A stretch of DNA of 63,304 bases, filler included, from Craspedostauros australis (lineage: Eukaryota): assembly GCA_030167865.1 (NCBI GenBank). It is 8 parts of 8 records of this genome, joined end to end, with 100 filler letters (N's around TTAATTAATTAA, not from the genome) between each part and the next. Parts side by side here need not be neighbours in the genome. Positions count along the whole stretch, not along the records: positions 3,624 to 34,226 come from JALAGF010000913.1; positions 34,327 to 39,615 come from JALAGF010000914.1; positions 39,716 to 43,253 come from JALAGF010000916.1; positions 43,354 to 56,874 come from JALAGF010000917.1; 4 more parts are not named here. One strand, 5' to 3'. The notes under the pieces were generated by a model. That model was not told the origin of the DNA. It saw only the letters and a list, made by a program, of their open reading frames with translations, and did no database searches. Of the stretch, positions 33,080-44,243 are shown piece after piece; the stretch's first letter is position 1; every line of letters begins with the position of its first letter. A program made the position numbers and the translations under genes.

Positions 33080-35459
33080 TGTGCTACTGCGTGGATCGTC
33101 GCTTTGCCTTCTCTTGCTTACTTTGGTTGTTGCTTTCTGTTCCGTTCAGTGCCGCCACAAGGTTGTGTGACAGTGTGTATGTAGAGTAGTTGTGTGGTAG
33201 AATATAATACTATATGACAATACCCTCCTCCATCGTTCATGGCGCTCGCATTACACGGTCAAGGGTTTGAACGGCGGCCATCATCGACTCCGCCATGGTC
33301 GAACTTTGGCAACCTCACCACTCCACTCACGCGTCTGTCAGCATGTCCGCCCATACACATTCAAATTGGAGTCATATCGGTCGATTGCACGTCTCGTTGA
33401 AACTAGTAATCTAGACTTGAGGAAGAGGTTCGACGATTTAAAACGAACAATGAAATTCGACAGGCACATATGCACATTGTCCGTCTGTTCGGTTTGTACA
33501 GCAAACGAACAATTACGACCAACAGCTTTGTGTTCAGAAGTTGGCGTCGAAAGTTCCTCCCTTGGTGTTTCGCGCAAGCGAGGTGTTCGTGTCGAAAGAA
33601 CCATGGGCGACTTTGCATTGCTACCGGATATGGTCGACAATAAGTAAACCAGAATATAGAAAACGAAATTGGAAGCGTGAATGACCTGCTGGAATACAAG
33701 CGCTGAAAAAGTCCGTATTGTCGCATGTTGGAGAAGCTGCGAAGCACAATGCTCCACCATGCAGGTACGCATGTGGGTATTGCCCGTGGTCGTTCATGTT
33801 GTTCCTTGCAGATGTTCACTGAGGTACGTACTACTACAAATATCATCACGAGCAGTTGTACTCTTGACTGGGCCAATCTCGTGTTGTGCTCGCGCTATAG
33901 GGCCCCATTCAGCGAAGTCGAGTATTATTCTGCGGATTTGAGATACTGAAACGTGATATTTTTAGACATCAATTTTTCGTCTTGTCCATTAGGNTTAGAT
34001 ATATTTAGCTAGCTTCTACGACACAAATACATGGCTGGCTTGTCCTCACCGTGGACGAAAATGATGACGTCATCGACGGTCGATGCCAGACTGAGATGGT
34101 ATCCAGCAGCCTCGATGGTGATGTTGTGAAAGGTTCAGTGTCACGTTCATTCCTTGTGTTGTCGATGGTTTGGCTCTGGTGTGCGTTACCTCCTTTGTGC
34201 GTGGGATGTCAAACAGCACGGTGTTGNNNNNNNNNNNNNNNNNNNNNNNNNNNNNNNNNNNNNNNNNNNNTTAATTAATTAANNNNNNNNNNNNNNNNNN
34301 NNNNNNNNNNNNNNNNNNNNNNNNNNCTCGCGAGGAATACGAGCTGGCCATGGCAGGCGGCATGGGCAAGGAATGGAACGTGGGAAGCTCCGTCAAGGAC
34401 ATGACGCGACTGGAAATCCTGAAGCGATCCGGCAAGATCATCCAACCAACCTCAAAGGGCAAGAAGCTTGCCACCGCCAGAGGTCCGGTGAAGCTCTAAA
34501 TGCATGTATTACATAACAATACTGAATTACTCTCCAATACTCAACAGAGGAGTGAGAGCATTCACACATACAACTATCACATGTGGTCATCTCCACAATG
34601 AGGTTCGTACGCACGCTTGCAGTGCTGGCCACACATACTCTTCTCTGATCTCTCAAGACCATGGAGGCAACGCAACCACCAAGGCAGGACGAAGTCGGCA
34701 AGCGAGGCTTTCGAGATGCAGCTGCAGGTGACTGCGTCAGGATTCACGTCGACATCCGTCACAAATCTCCGTTTCATGTCAGCATGACGCCCAACGACAT
34801 GAAAACGAAATGAAACACCACGCCATCCCACATCATGGAGAGAGAGGCGGTGAGCCATGACAAAGTCTTCGACAGCCATCGCTTCCATGGCCAACCTGTG
34901 GCGGTATCTTTGGTGTCTGTTTCATGACCAACTCAAATTCTATCCAGATCGTTGGACATCAGCATCGACATCAACATCGACACCACCAAAGAACTAAGGA
35001 TCCAAAGGCTGGGTGAAGGCCAACTCTTGGTTCTGCCATGATGCTTGTGCCCAAGATGCTACTCGCGCCACTCCAACTGCGAAATGCATCCATATCCGCA
35101 TCTGCACGCGCAACCAGATCCACCTCCGCGCCATCGTCATTGTCAAGCGGCACATCTGATAACAGATGCCCCCTCATGGCCATCATGGACATCATGAACA
35201 TCGTGGACATCATGTGAGAGCAAGAGAGGGATGGTTCATGGATCTCAATCCCCTCCGCGTGACAGAAGCAGGAGCCACGAGAGGACCTCACTCAGCCGCC
35301 AAACAAACGATGGCGCACAGCGTGCGAATGATCTGATTGGAGATGGACGCTCAAATCAGATCAAATTGGATGTGCGGCATTCCACAATAGCGTTGCCATT
35401 CTTAACCAGTGTCAACCATTCGCTACCATTCGTTACTATCTCACAACGGACCATACTTC

Positions 35460-35987
35460 TATTAGAGCCCAAACGTAATGGCTGTTGTCTTGTTGGCTGT
35501 TCTTTAGCTGTAGGCAGAGGCTTGACTGGCAAGCGATCCGGACGAGAGTCTTCTGTTCCACAAGTAGTCAANNNNNNNNNNNNNNNNNNNNNNNNNNNNN
35601 NNNNNNNNNNNNNNNNNNNTGCTATGGTTCTTCTCTTCGAGGGGAATCTCCTGTGATGTCCTGTATGACAATGCGTGTGGGTTGTGTAGCCCAAGTACCG
35701 TGGGTTGAGATCTGTCATCTGGGTTCTGTGAGAGACAATGGGCGATGATGCGCGTTGTTGTGGCTTTGGTTCCGTGCGTCGGCGTTTTGGCGATGGTGGG
35801 TGTCAGAAACTTGGTTATCGGAACCCTATTGGTTCCCTGACACGAATTCCGAAGATCCGCTTCAAGGTTCTGGATCTGTTTCCAAACGTGGGGTCCGGCG
35901 AAGTGTCCGTTCGATCTACCGGAATGCTGACGAGTCGGATGATTCGTAGTCTCTCTCGCTAAGGTGGTTACTAGTTTAGCTCTATTA
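35460..35987. mobile_element. Insertion with 5-bp TSD (ACTTC) and short inverted termini; solo LTR or collapsed LTR element (internal N gap 35572-35619)
   Basis: ACTTC at 35455-35459 and 35988-35992; empty site with a single ACTTC at 4996-5000; termini TATTAGAGC...GCTCTATTA. Confidence 0.85.
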
Positions 35988-36029
35988 ACTTCATCTTACT
36001 CTAACGGAGTAGTTGAAGTGCGATGAATC

Positions 36030-38345
36030 TCATGGGTAGCATTCCACGTCCCCAATTTGCCTCTTCCTGCTCATCACCTTCACCTCTGCAGTCCCAGCCT
36101 TGTCGCCTTTGCTGCCTTTGCCATCATCATCATCATCGTTGGAGACGTTGACGTTATCATCCGGCATCTGCTCAAATAATGCCAACATTCTCCCATCGCG
36201 ACCTTCCTCTTGTGCACACTGCAACGGCGTATCACCGCTCTTGTTCTGCATGTGCGGATCGATCATCTCCAATGTCATCAGATACTCAACCACCTCCAAA
36301 TAGTCGCCTTTCACAGCACAGTGCAGCACTGTATCTCCCTCTTCGTTCGCCATGTTCACATCCACATCCACGTTGTTCGATTCGACCAACAGTTTCATCT
36401 TCTCAGCTCGAATCTTGTGATCATCGCTCTCGCTCTCACTTTCATTTTCGCTTTCGCTTTCACTTTCGCTTTCGCTCTCACTTTCACACCTGTGTTCAGA
36501 TACATTTCTATCTGCTCCTTTGCAAATACAGTGCAATGCTGTATCCCCCCTGCTGTCTCGCAACCTGGCATCCACTGAGTCACATCCGATCAGATTCCGA
36601 AGGACAGAAACATCACCCTTCTTGCATGTGAGATGGAGGAGCGTGGTGCCATCATGATTCTGAATGTTCGCGATTGCTATGGCATTCTCCCTCAACCGTT
36701 GCATGATGTCCATATCACCAACGGTATCACCATCACCAATATCGGCATGGCTGTGCTTGTTGGAGAGATCGGTGAGGTTGGTTGTGGGAATGATTTGATG
36801 TTGGATGAAGTCGAAGACGTGACGAAGCCTGGCGGTGTGATTGAAGGTGAAGAACATGCCCATGTTGAATGCAATGTGGAGGGGTGTGTCACCATCTTTG
36901 TTTTGGATGTTGAGGCTTGCATCGGTCTTGCGTGACTGTAGCAATTCCTTGATGAAGCTTCGGTCCCAATCCAAGCAAGCGGCATGGAGAGGCGTATTCC
37001 CATGGTTGTTTTGAATGTTGAAGATGTCGTCGATATCGATATGGATTCCATTATCGTCGTCGTTGATGTTGAGGCTTGCATCGGCCTTGCGTGACTGTAG
37101 CAATTCCTCGATGAACCTTCGCTCCCCTTTCAAGCAAGCGATGTGGAGAGGTGTATTCCCATCGTTGTTCTGGGTGTGAAACATGATGCGAGTGAGGATG
37201 CGATCATGCTTCATCAGATACTCAACCGCGTCAAAGGCCAGCCAACCCCCGCAAGCGATGTGGAGCGGTGTATTCCCATCGTTGTTTTGAATGCTCCCAT
37301 TGGCGGTAGCGTTGGCATTGATGTTGCAGTTGACGTTGATACCAAGCATGCTGTTGAGATCGATACGATCCGTTTCCATCAAACATGCAAACTCATCTCT
37401 TCTCCCATATAGGCAGGCAAGATGTAGCAGCGAATCACCATCGCGGTTTGGTCCAATCACCTCAGGACGAACATCGAGTTCATCTAAATCCAACAAATAT
37501 GCGATGACTTCATGGTGTCTGCACCCACAGTGGAGTGGAGTGTTCCCACTGTTGTCTCGGACGTTGACGTCGATATCTACACCAATCTCATCGGACTCCA
37601 TCATGTATCTGACAGTATCGATGCGACCGAACTCACATGCGACATGCAAAGGCGTGGAACCTTCCTTGTCCTGTTTGTTGATGTAGGCGTCAACGTTGAC
37701 TTGACTCGATTGCACCAAGTGTTTCAGCGCATCGGGTCGTTCGCTCCAGCATGCGTGATGAATCAATGTGGAACCGTCATTGTCTTCCATGGTGATGGGC
37801 ACTCGGCCAGATTCCAATAAATACTTCGCAGTCTCAGCATTGTCGTGTCTGCAGGCACTATGAAGCACTGTCTGGCCGTGGTCGTCTTTGATACCGGCAT
37901 CCACGTCGATTCGATCGGACTCCATCAGATACTCAACAATGGCTTTTCGTCCAAGCCAACTTGCATGATGAAATGGTGTGTGCCCTTTCTTGTTTTGGAG
38001 ATTGACATCCACATCGATTCGATCAGACTCCACCAGATACTTCACGATCTCCTTGGTTCCATGAGAACATGCATGATGAAACACAGTTTCGCCGCGCTTG
38101 TCTGCCGTATTGGAAGGGATGACCGCTCCATTCGCATACGATTCAACCAGATCTTGAACCTCTGTCAAGTTCTCATAGTGGCATGCTTCTTCCACCTGTC
38201 TGATCCACTCACAGACGGCCTCGTCACTGCGTATGGTACATTGATTCCATTGTGACGAAAGAGACGTATGGTTGGGAAGTCGAGGTTGAATTGGATCAGA
38301 GAAGGAAAGCACCAGCACCAGCATCAGCACCAGTGTGAGTGACAA
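36030..38345 (-). CDS. Ankyrin-repeat protein, copy B (~770 aa; first in-frame ATG 38324)
   Basis: Close paralog of 5038..7449 lacking about one repeat, with a longer (ES)n tract. Confidence 0.9.
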   Translation of the reverse strand: MSLTLVLMLVLVLSFSDPIQPRLPNHTSLSSQWNQCTIRSDEAVCEWIRQVEEACHYENLTEVQDLVESYANGAVIPSNTADKRGETVFHHACSHGTKEIVKYLVESDRIDVDVNLQNKKGHTPFHHASWLGRKAIVEYLMESDRIDVDAGIKDDHGQTVLHSACRHDNAETAKYLLESGRVPITMEDNDGSTLIHHACWSERPDALKHLVQSSQVNVDAYINKQDKEGSTPLHVACEFGRIDTVRYMMESDEIGVDIDVNVRDNSGNTPLHCGCRHHEVIAYLLDLDELDVRPEVIGPNRDGDSLLHLACLYGRRDEFACLMETDRIDLNSMLGINVNCNINANATANGSIQNNDGNTPLHIACGGWLAFDAVEYLMKHDRILTRIMFHTQNNDGNTPLHIACLKGERRFIEELLQSRKADASLNINDDDNGIHIDIDDIFNIQNNHGNTPLHAACLDWDRSFIKELLQSRKTDASLNIQNKDGDTPLHIAFNMGMFFTFNHTARLRHVFDFIQHQIIPTTNLTDLSNKHSHADIGDGDTVGDMDIMQRLRENAIAIANIQNHDGTTLLHLTCKKGDVSVLRNLIGCDSVDARLRDSRGDTALHCICKGADRNVSEHRCESESESESESESENESESESDDHKIRAEKMKLLVESNNVDVDVNMANEEGDTVLHCAVKGDYLEVVEYLMTLEMIDPHMQNKSGDTPLQCAQEEGRDGRMLALFEQMPDDNVNVSNDDDDDGKGSKGDKAGTAEVKVMSRKRQIGDVECYP

Positions 38346-39715
38346 GGACTATCAGAATAGTACAACAAGGACGCTCATACACGTCGTCGTATTTGTGCAC
38401 GACTCTCCAGAGATGCGGCCAAGCCAAGCCAAGCCAAACCAAACCAAGACAACTCACACTTCCAATTGACTGTTGGACATGTTGATCGTTGTTCGAGTGA
38501 TGCTTTTGATCCTTTGTATGCTGCTGGTTGCGTGGGTGGTGTCGATTGGATGAATCACTGTTTGATTGCAACAAGGAGTGTACTGTACTGTCCTGATGAT
38601 CGTCTTATGTTTCCTGGGACAACCTCAAACGGTCTGTGTGGCGAGCTGTTGTGACAGAAGAGACAGGATGATAAGCTGATCTGAGTGTTGTTGCATACGC
38701 CGCCACAACAACCACCCGCCTTGATGTTGGTCGCGTGGGTGTCGCCACATCACCAGTTGTTCCTTGCGCCATCGTTCGTTTCGCAGCAAGAATGGAGACG
38801 ACAGAATGGAATCATCTCATCATCAGAAGCACAGCCACCATTTCATGTCAGTTGTCGACCCCGAAGAATCCGAACACCAACAACAAAGATCCAGGACAGA
38901 AGAACAACTCCCGTTTGTGGCGCTGTCCGACCCACATTTACCACTGATACGTAGACTCTCAACTCGTATGTACATCTCCATCTCCATCTCCACCTCCATT
39001 CGAATGGTCGCAGTCACCACCATCCAAAGCTCACTTGATGCTGCACGCTCCATCATCTGCTGTCTTCATACCATACGCATACGCATACTTGTGCACCCAA
39101 CCGTCCAACCACTCAACCATCCAACCACTCAACGATCCTATCACCATCTGGAACCATCCAAGACAGGGATGAGTCGAATGAGCAATGACATGTCGGTGGT
39201 TGGGATTGTTGACGCGCATCATGTTGTTGCTGCCATGCAACACGGGCTTTGATGGGTGCAAGGGAGTGGCCAACGGTTTCCATCCCCTCAATGGCAGCAG
39301 CACTGTTGGCAATGTTGCCAAGCCAGACACATGGATCTGCACAACTCCGCCAACTTCGGGTTTCGGTGTGATTATCCATGCGAGCGGCATCCTCCTGCGA
39401 CCCCGAGCTGACAACAGAGGAAGGACACAAGCAGATCGATTCAGATGCGCAACTTCCACGCGAATTCGTGCACAGCGACGGTCTATGGGAGAAGAGGATG
39501 GCGCACCATCACCCCAGGCGCATGATCCACTCATTCATGGAACGATGGAAGCGGGAGATGCACCAATCCAACTGAAAGAAGATGGACTTTGGAATGACGA
39601 AATGAGGATGAGTACNNNNNNNNNNNNNNNNNNNNNNNNNNNNNNNNNNNNNNNNNNNNTTAATTAATTAANNNNNNNNNNNNNNNNNNNNNNNNNNNNN
39701 NNNNNNNNNNNNNNN

Positions 39716-42700
39716 TCGATACTCGTTGAGCAGCATGGCGTCTGCCACCGATGTGCGCGTCGAGCTTTCGATGATCTGCTACGAAGCAATCAACGAATTC
39801 GAGAGTCGACTGTGCAGATGAGTGCACCCATGCGGGTTGCACTACATGATGCATAAGCACTACATGATGCATGAGATTGGCGTGCGGAGCGCACTCGACA
39901 TGGCTCGCAATGTGTACGCAATCAACGACATGCTGGAGAACAGCAGCTTCACTTCCGATCCAACAGACGCTGATTGGATACAGAAGTCGCATGCAAGCGG
40001 TATGGACCGCACAGTGAACCTGGTGATGACCAGGATCCTAATCACGATGAACGTGACATGGATGGATACGTCATGTGAGCAATTCGAGAGTATTGAGAAT
40101 GCCAGCAGGTCAGTACTGACAGACCTGGAAGATGACGACTCTACTTCAGGGAATGATTACCCCAGATAGACGAGTAACTTGGGAGCGACGTGCGGATACC
40201 ATCTGAAGCATGGAGACCGACGACGCTGATCAGAGCAGAAGAGCCAGAGACGATACAGATACAGAAGACGCTGCTCGAGGGCAAGATGACTTGCTACCTG
40301 CCCAAGGGGATGAACCATCGGACAATGACGACGACGATGAATCCGGAAGGGACGATGAGACGGGACGAGACGATTTGGTCGAGAACGCACCAAACACAGT
40401 CCCAATTGCAGAACCTGTCATGCACATGCCAAGGATTCTGAGTGCTCTCGAGGGATACTACGATATGCCCACTCCGAAGGAGGAGCAAGAACTTGGATCA
40501 AGTGGAGAATCAGAGTCAGAAGATGATGAGGGGTATGAGACCACTCGAAAGATGACTACCACACTACCGGCGACAGGAGGACCCAACATTCACACAGAAG
40601 GGTCAACATTCAACAGAGATATCGCAGGCATGACGATTGACACCACTCATGAGAGGATGAGCCTGGGTGACTTCATCACTGCGAACCTAGCATTGAGCTA
40701 TCAACAGAACAGAGAGGGATCCGAGCAAGCAAATGTCGCAATGATGCTGGATCCAACCACAATTGACGAATGACGGGGTCATGTGGATCCCGAGAAGAGC
40801 AATGAATGGTGGGAGGCCATGATGGTATGGTTCAGTGATATAGCCATGACATGAGCATGGCAGATGATCAAGAAGAACCAGATGCCGAATGATCGGCGAG
40901 ATACTGCGAGCACAGATATGAGATCGATGTGCGATGAGAATGAGATCGATGAGAGAGAGACACGAATCTGGAAAGGATACAGCTATGAGAGTGCGAGCCA
41001 TGAACGGCGGATTCCAGATACAGTGAGTCAAGACGCATCGATATGCGATCAATGAGAGAGACGCGGGCATGTCGGATGAAGAATCGAATGACAGAGCCGG
41101 AAGGGAGGAACCTCAGATGAATGGAGGATGAATGGNAGGAGGCCACCAACAACTCCCATGACGAAGAAGCTGCAGCATGATGAATCGATGCTATCCAGAA
41201 GAGGATGAAGGCGATCGACAGCGTGGTTGCAAGGCAACACGACGACAGAGTAGGCAGCGGACCACAATGTACCAATACCCAACGAGGGTGACGAACGAAG
41301 CATCAGAATCAGGAGACGACGATGGCTACGCAACCGCACAGGAGACGATGACCGCTCCAGTGGCAACAGACGGACCCAACTTCGAACAAGGCGGGTCAAT
41401 CATCAACAAGGACGTCGCAGGCATGAGGATCGATGCTATCCAATGGAGGATGAGAGTGATCGACTTCATCGCTGCGAGTCAGGATGTTGAGAGCGAACGC
41501 GACGGCGAGAGAGATTCGAGCACATCAACACTGGAATGATGCCGAGTCTATATGCGCCTGAGGAATGCCAGGATCATGTGGATCCTGACGAGCGAAAGGG
41601 ACGAAGTACAAGTGACTCGGAGACAAGCCGCTGAAGGCACGGACCTCGAGTACTATCCCATGAGACCAGTGGCGAGGATGCCACGGATGATACGCGGCTT
41701 GGCACCGCACAACCACGCGCCAGAACACCACTCCGACTCAGATTCAAGCAGTGGAGGTGGTGAGTCAGCTGAGGAAGCAGAGAAGACCCCAGCAACCGCG
41801 AGAGAGGGAATGAGACGTCCGAGCATGCATACACGGCTATGATGCTGGACCCCACCACATCCGAAGAATGCTGGGATCATGCGGATCCAGCGAAGCGAAG
41901 TGAAAGAGATGGCAGGAGGCCATCAACAAGGAGTTCTACGAAATGATCAGAAGAGGAGTCTGGCAGAAGATCAAGATGAGCGAGATGCCGAGGGATCGGC
42001 AGTGAGTGAAGATGAAGTGGGTCTTCAAGGAGAAGAGATCTACATGCAGTGTCCCAAGGGAAAGGAACACGAACCGAATGAATGCCTGTCGCTGAAGAAG
42101 ACCATCTACGGGTCGGTGCAGAGCGCGAGGCAATGAAACGAGGAGCTTGCGAACACATTGACCAAGCTTGGCTCCTGGCAGAGCAAGGCGGATCCATGTC
42201 TGCTAATCCGGAATCGGGAAGGGAGCCTCATCCTCATCAGGACGTGCGCCAACGATCGCCTGTGCATCGGAAGCACACGCGAGCTGAAACAATCGGTGAA
42301 GAACAACAAGGGAGAGCGATTCGGAATCAAGATCGAGAATGGTCTCGAGGACTACTTGAATTGCCGCATCGGATCCAATGAGAGCAAGACCAACCGCTGA
42401 GTGAACCAGCCACTCATCATTCAAGAGGAACAACAAAGATTCAAAGAGATGGAACACCTGGCATACATGGCCAAGGGATCCAGAGGAACAATGAAGCACC
42501 CAAAGTCGATATGGATCGACACAGCAGATACCACAGTGGTGTGGGTATGCTGCTATACCTGGTGAAGCATTCGAGACCAGACATTGCGAATGCCATCCGA
42601 GAACTGACGAAGGTGTTGGATGGGCCAACGACCACAGCATACGAGGAGATGCTGAGAGTGACGAAGCTCGTGTCGGACACGAGTATATGGATTGAGGATG

Positions 42701-43253
42701 GAGAGACCTGTGGATGCGATGGTTGACAACATGAGAGCGATCTTCATCGCTAACAACCAACCCATCGACATCAGCCAGGGCGAGACACATCAACGAGCGC
42801 AATCACTTCATCAGAGAACTGATTGCGAACAAGGAGACGAGAGCTCGATTCGTGAAGTCAGAGGACGACATCTCTGACGGGTTCACGAAGAATACAAGAA
42901 AGGAGATCTACGATTGGCACAAGGGGAGCATCATTCAGCCCAGGTCAGCATTGGACTGAACAAGGTGGATGATATGGTCGGAACGGCAATTGGAAGGGTG
43001 TCAGGAATCGGGTGTTGTGAAACACCGAATTGCCGCACCTCCCAAGAATGTGGAGTCGAGCATTGTAAAATGCTACATTACCGCACCTCCCAAGAAGTCA
43101 AGAGTCAGGAGTCGAATGTCATGATATGATACATTACCGCAACTCCCACCTGTGGATCTTTGTGACAGAAAAATGTGAGCTGCACGTGTTTTGTGATGGA
43201 GAACGACACGTGCCGAATGCGAACCGGACTATGGTGTCCGTGACCTCAATGCA
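39716..43253 (+). mobile_element. Degenerate, internally deleted Ty1/Copia retrotransposon (RT and RNase H remnants, PPT, start of 3' LTR)
   Basis: KMKWVFK, EEIYMQCPKG, LKKTIYGSVQSARQ, SKADPCL, GVGMLLYLVKHSRPDIANAIREL, VDNMRAIFIANN; purine tract GGAAGGG followed by TG at 42999; many stops and frameshifts. Confidence 0.9.
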
Positions 43254-43392
43254 NNNNNNNNNNNNNNNNNNNNNNNNNNNNNNNNNNNNNNNNNNNNTTA
43301 ATTAATTAANNNNNNNNNNNNNNNNNNNNNNNNNNNNNNNNNNNNNNNNNNNNATTCCAATGAGCGCATGCCAATGAGCATCATATATTCAT

Positions 43393-43447
43393 AGTGCAGT
43401 GTAGTACAGTACAGTACAGTACAGTACAGTACAGTACAGTACAGTAC
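43393..43447. repeat. (AGTAC)n microsatellite in SLC4 intron
   Basis: Read directly from the sequence. Confidence 0.9.
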
Positions 43448-43507
43448 CAATACATTGCAGTATCCGCTCGGTTCTACTCCATTCTACGTTGCTGTGTTCG
43501 AACGTAC

Positions 43508-43696
43508 CTCTACCCAGTGGGTTCCGACGGTCCTCTTGATGTCATTGATGATGCCGCGTCCCCACATCTGTGGTTCCTCGTGATGGCCTTGGCTCACTCC
43601 GGCCATGAGCTCGGCGTTGGATGGCATCGACTTGAGACTGCGAGACGTCATGTTCGTCACTGTCTTGTTGAGTTCTTTCTCGCCTTGGTCGGTCAT
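43508..43696 (-). CDS. SLC4: SLC4 bicarbonate transporter paralog 1, exon 1 only (remainder beyond contig end)
   Basis: MPSNAEL...WGRGIINDIKRTVGTHWVE then GTACGT donor at 43507, matching exon 1 of 45648..48026. Confidence 0.8.
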
Positions 43697-43720
43697 GATG
43701 TGGTGCTTGTCTCTTGTTGT

Positions 43721-43755
<35 letters not shown>

Positions 43756-43854
43756 GGATGGCGGTGATTGTCGCGTTTCTTGTTTGGTTTTGTCAAGACG
43801 GAGAGCGATGTGGCTTTCGGTGGTTGCTGGTTTCCGTTGTTTCTGTTGCTACAG

Positions 43855-44243
43855 TTGTTGTGTTTCTGATTTTATGAGGAGAGGATGTGGAGGAAAAGGA
43901 CGAAGATGAGGACAGAGAGGAAGAAAGGGCGAGGGAGAGGTTCTGATCTCGCGGTCACCAGTGCTGCTGTCGTTGTTGGTATTGTTGGTATTGTTGGTAT
44001 TGTTGTTGTTGTCCGAAGCAGTACTCACAATCGCACCACACTCTCCTCGTGAATGGTATGTATACTCGTCTGTGTGTGGTTTGGTGTGTTGATTTGGTTG
44101 TTGGATTTTCCAGGTTTCCGTGTTTTCCACGATTTTGTGTTGTGGTGTGTTGTGTGTCGTTGTCATCGTGTTCTGCGAAGTCTTGTTTGAAGCCGTGACG
44201 TCAGGCATCCCCACGTAGTTCTGTTGTGTTGAGTGCCAGATGG
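43855..44243. repeat. ~390-bp SLC4 upstream region, present in inverted orientation at 56435-56836
   Basis: Near-identical sequence; ORFs 43849..44214(-) and 56347..56841(+) translate almost identically over the shared part. Confidence 0.93.
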
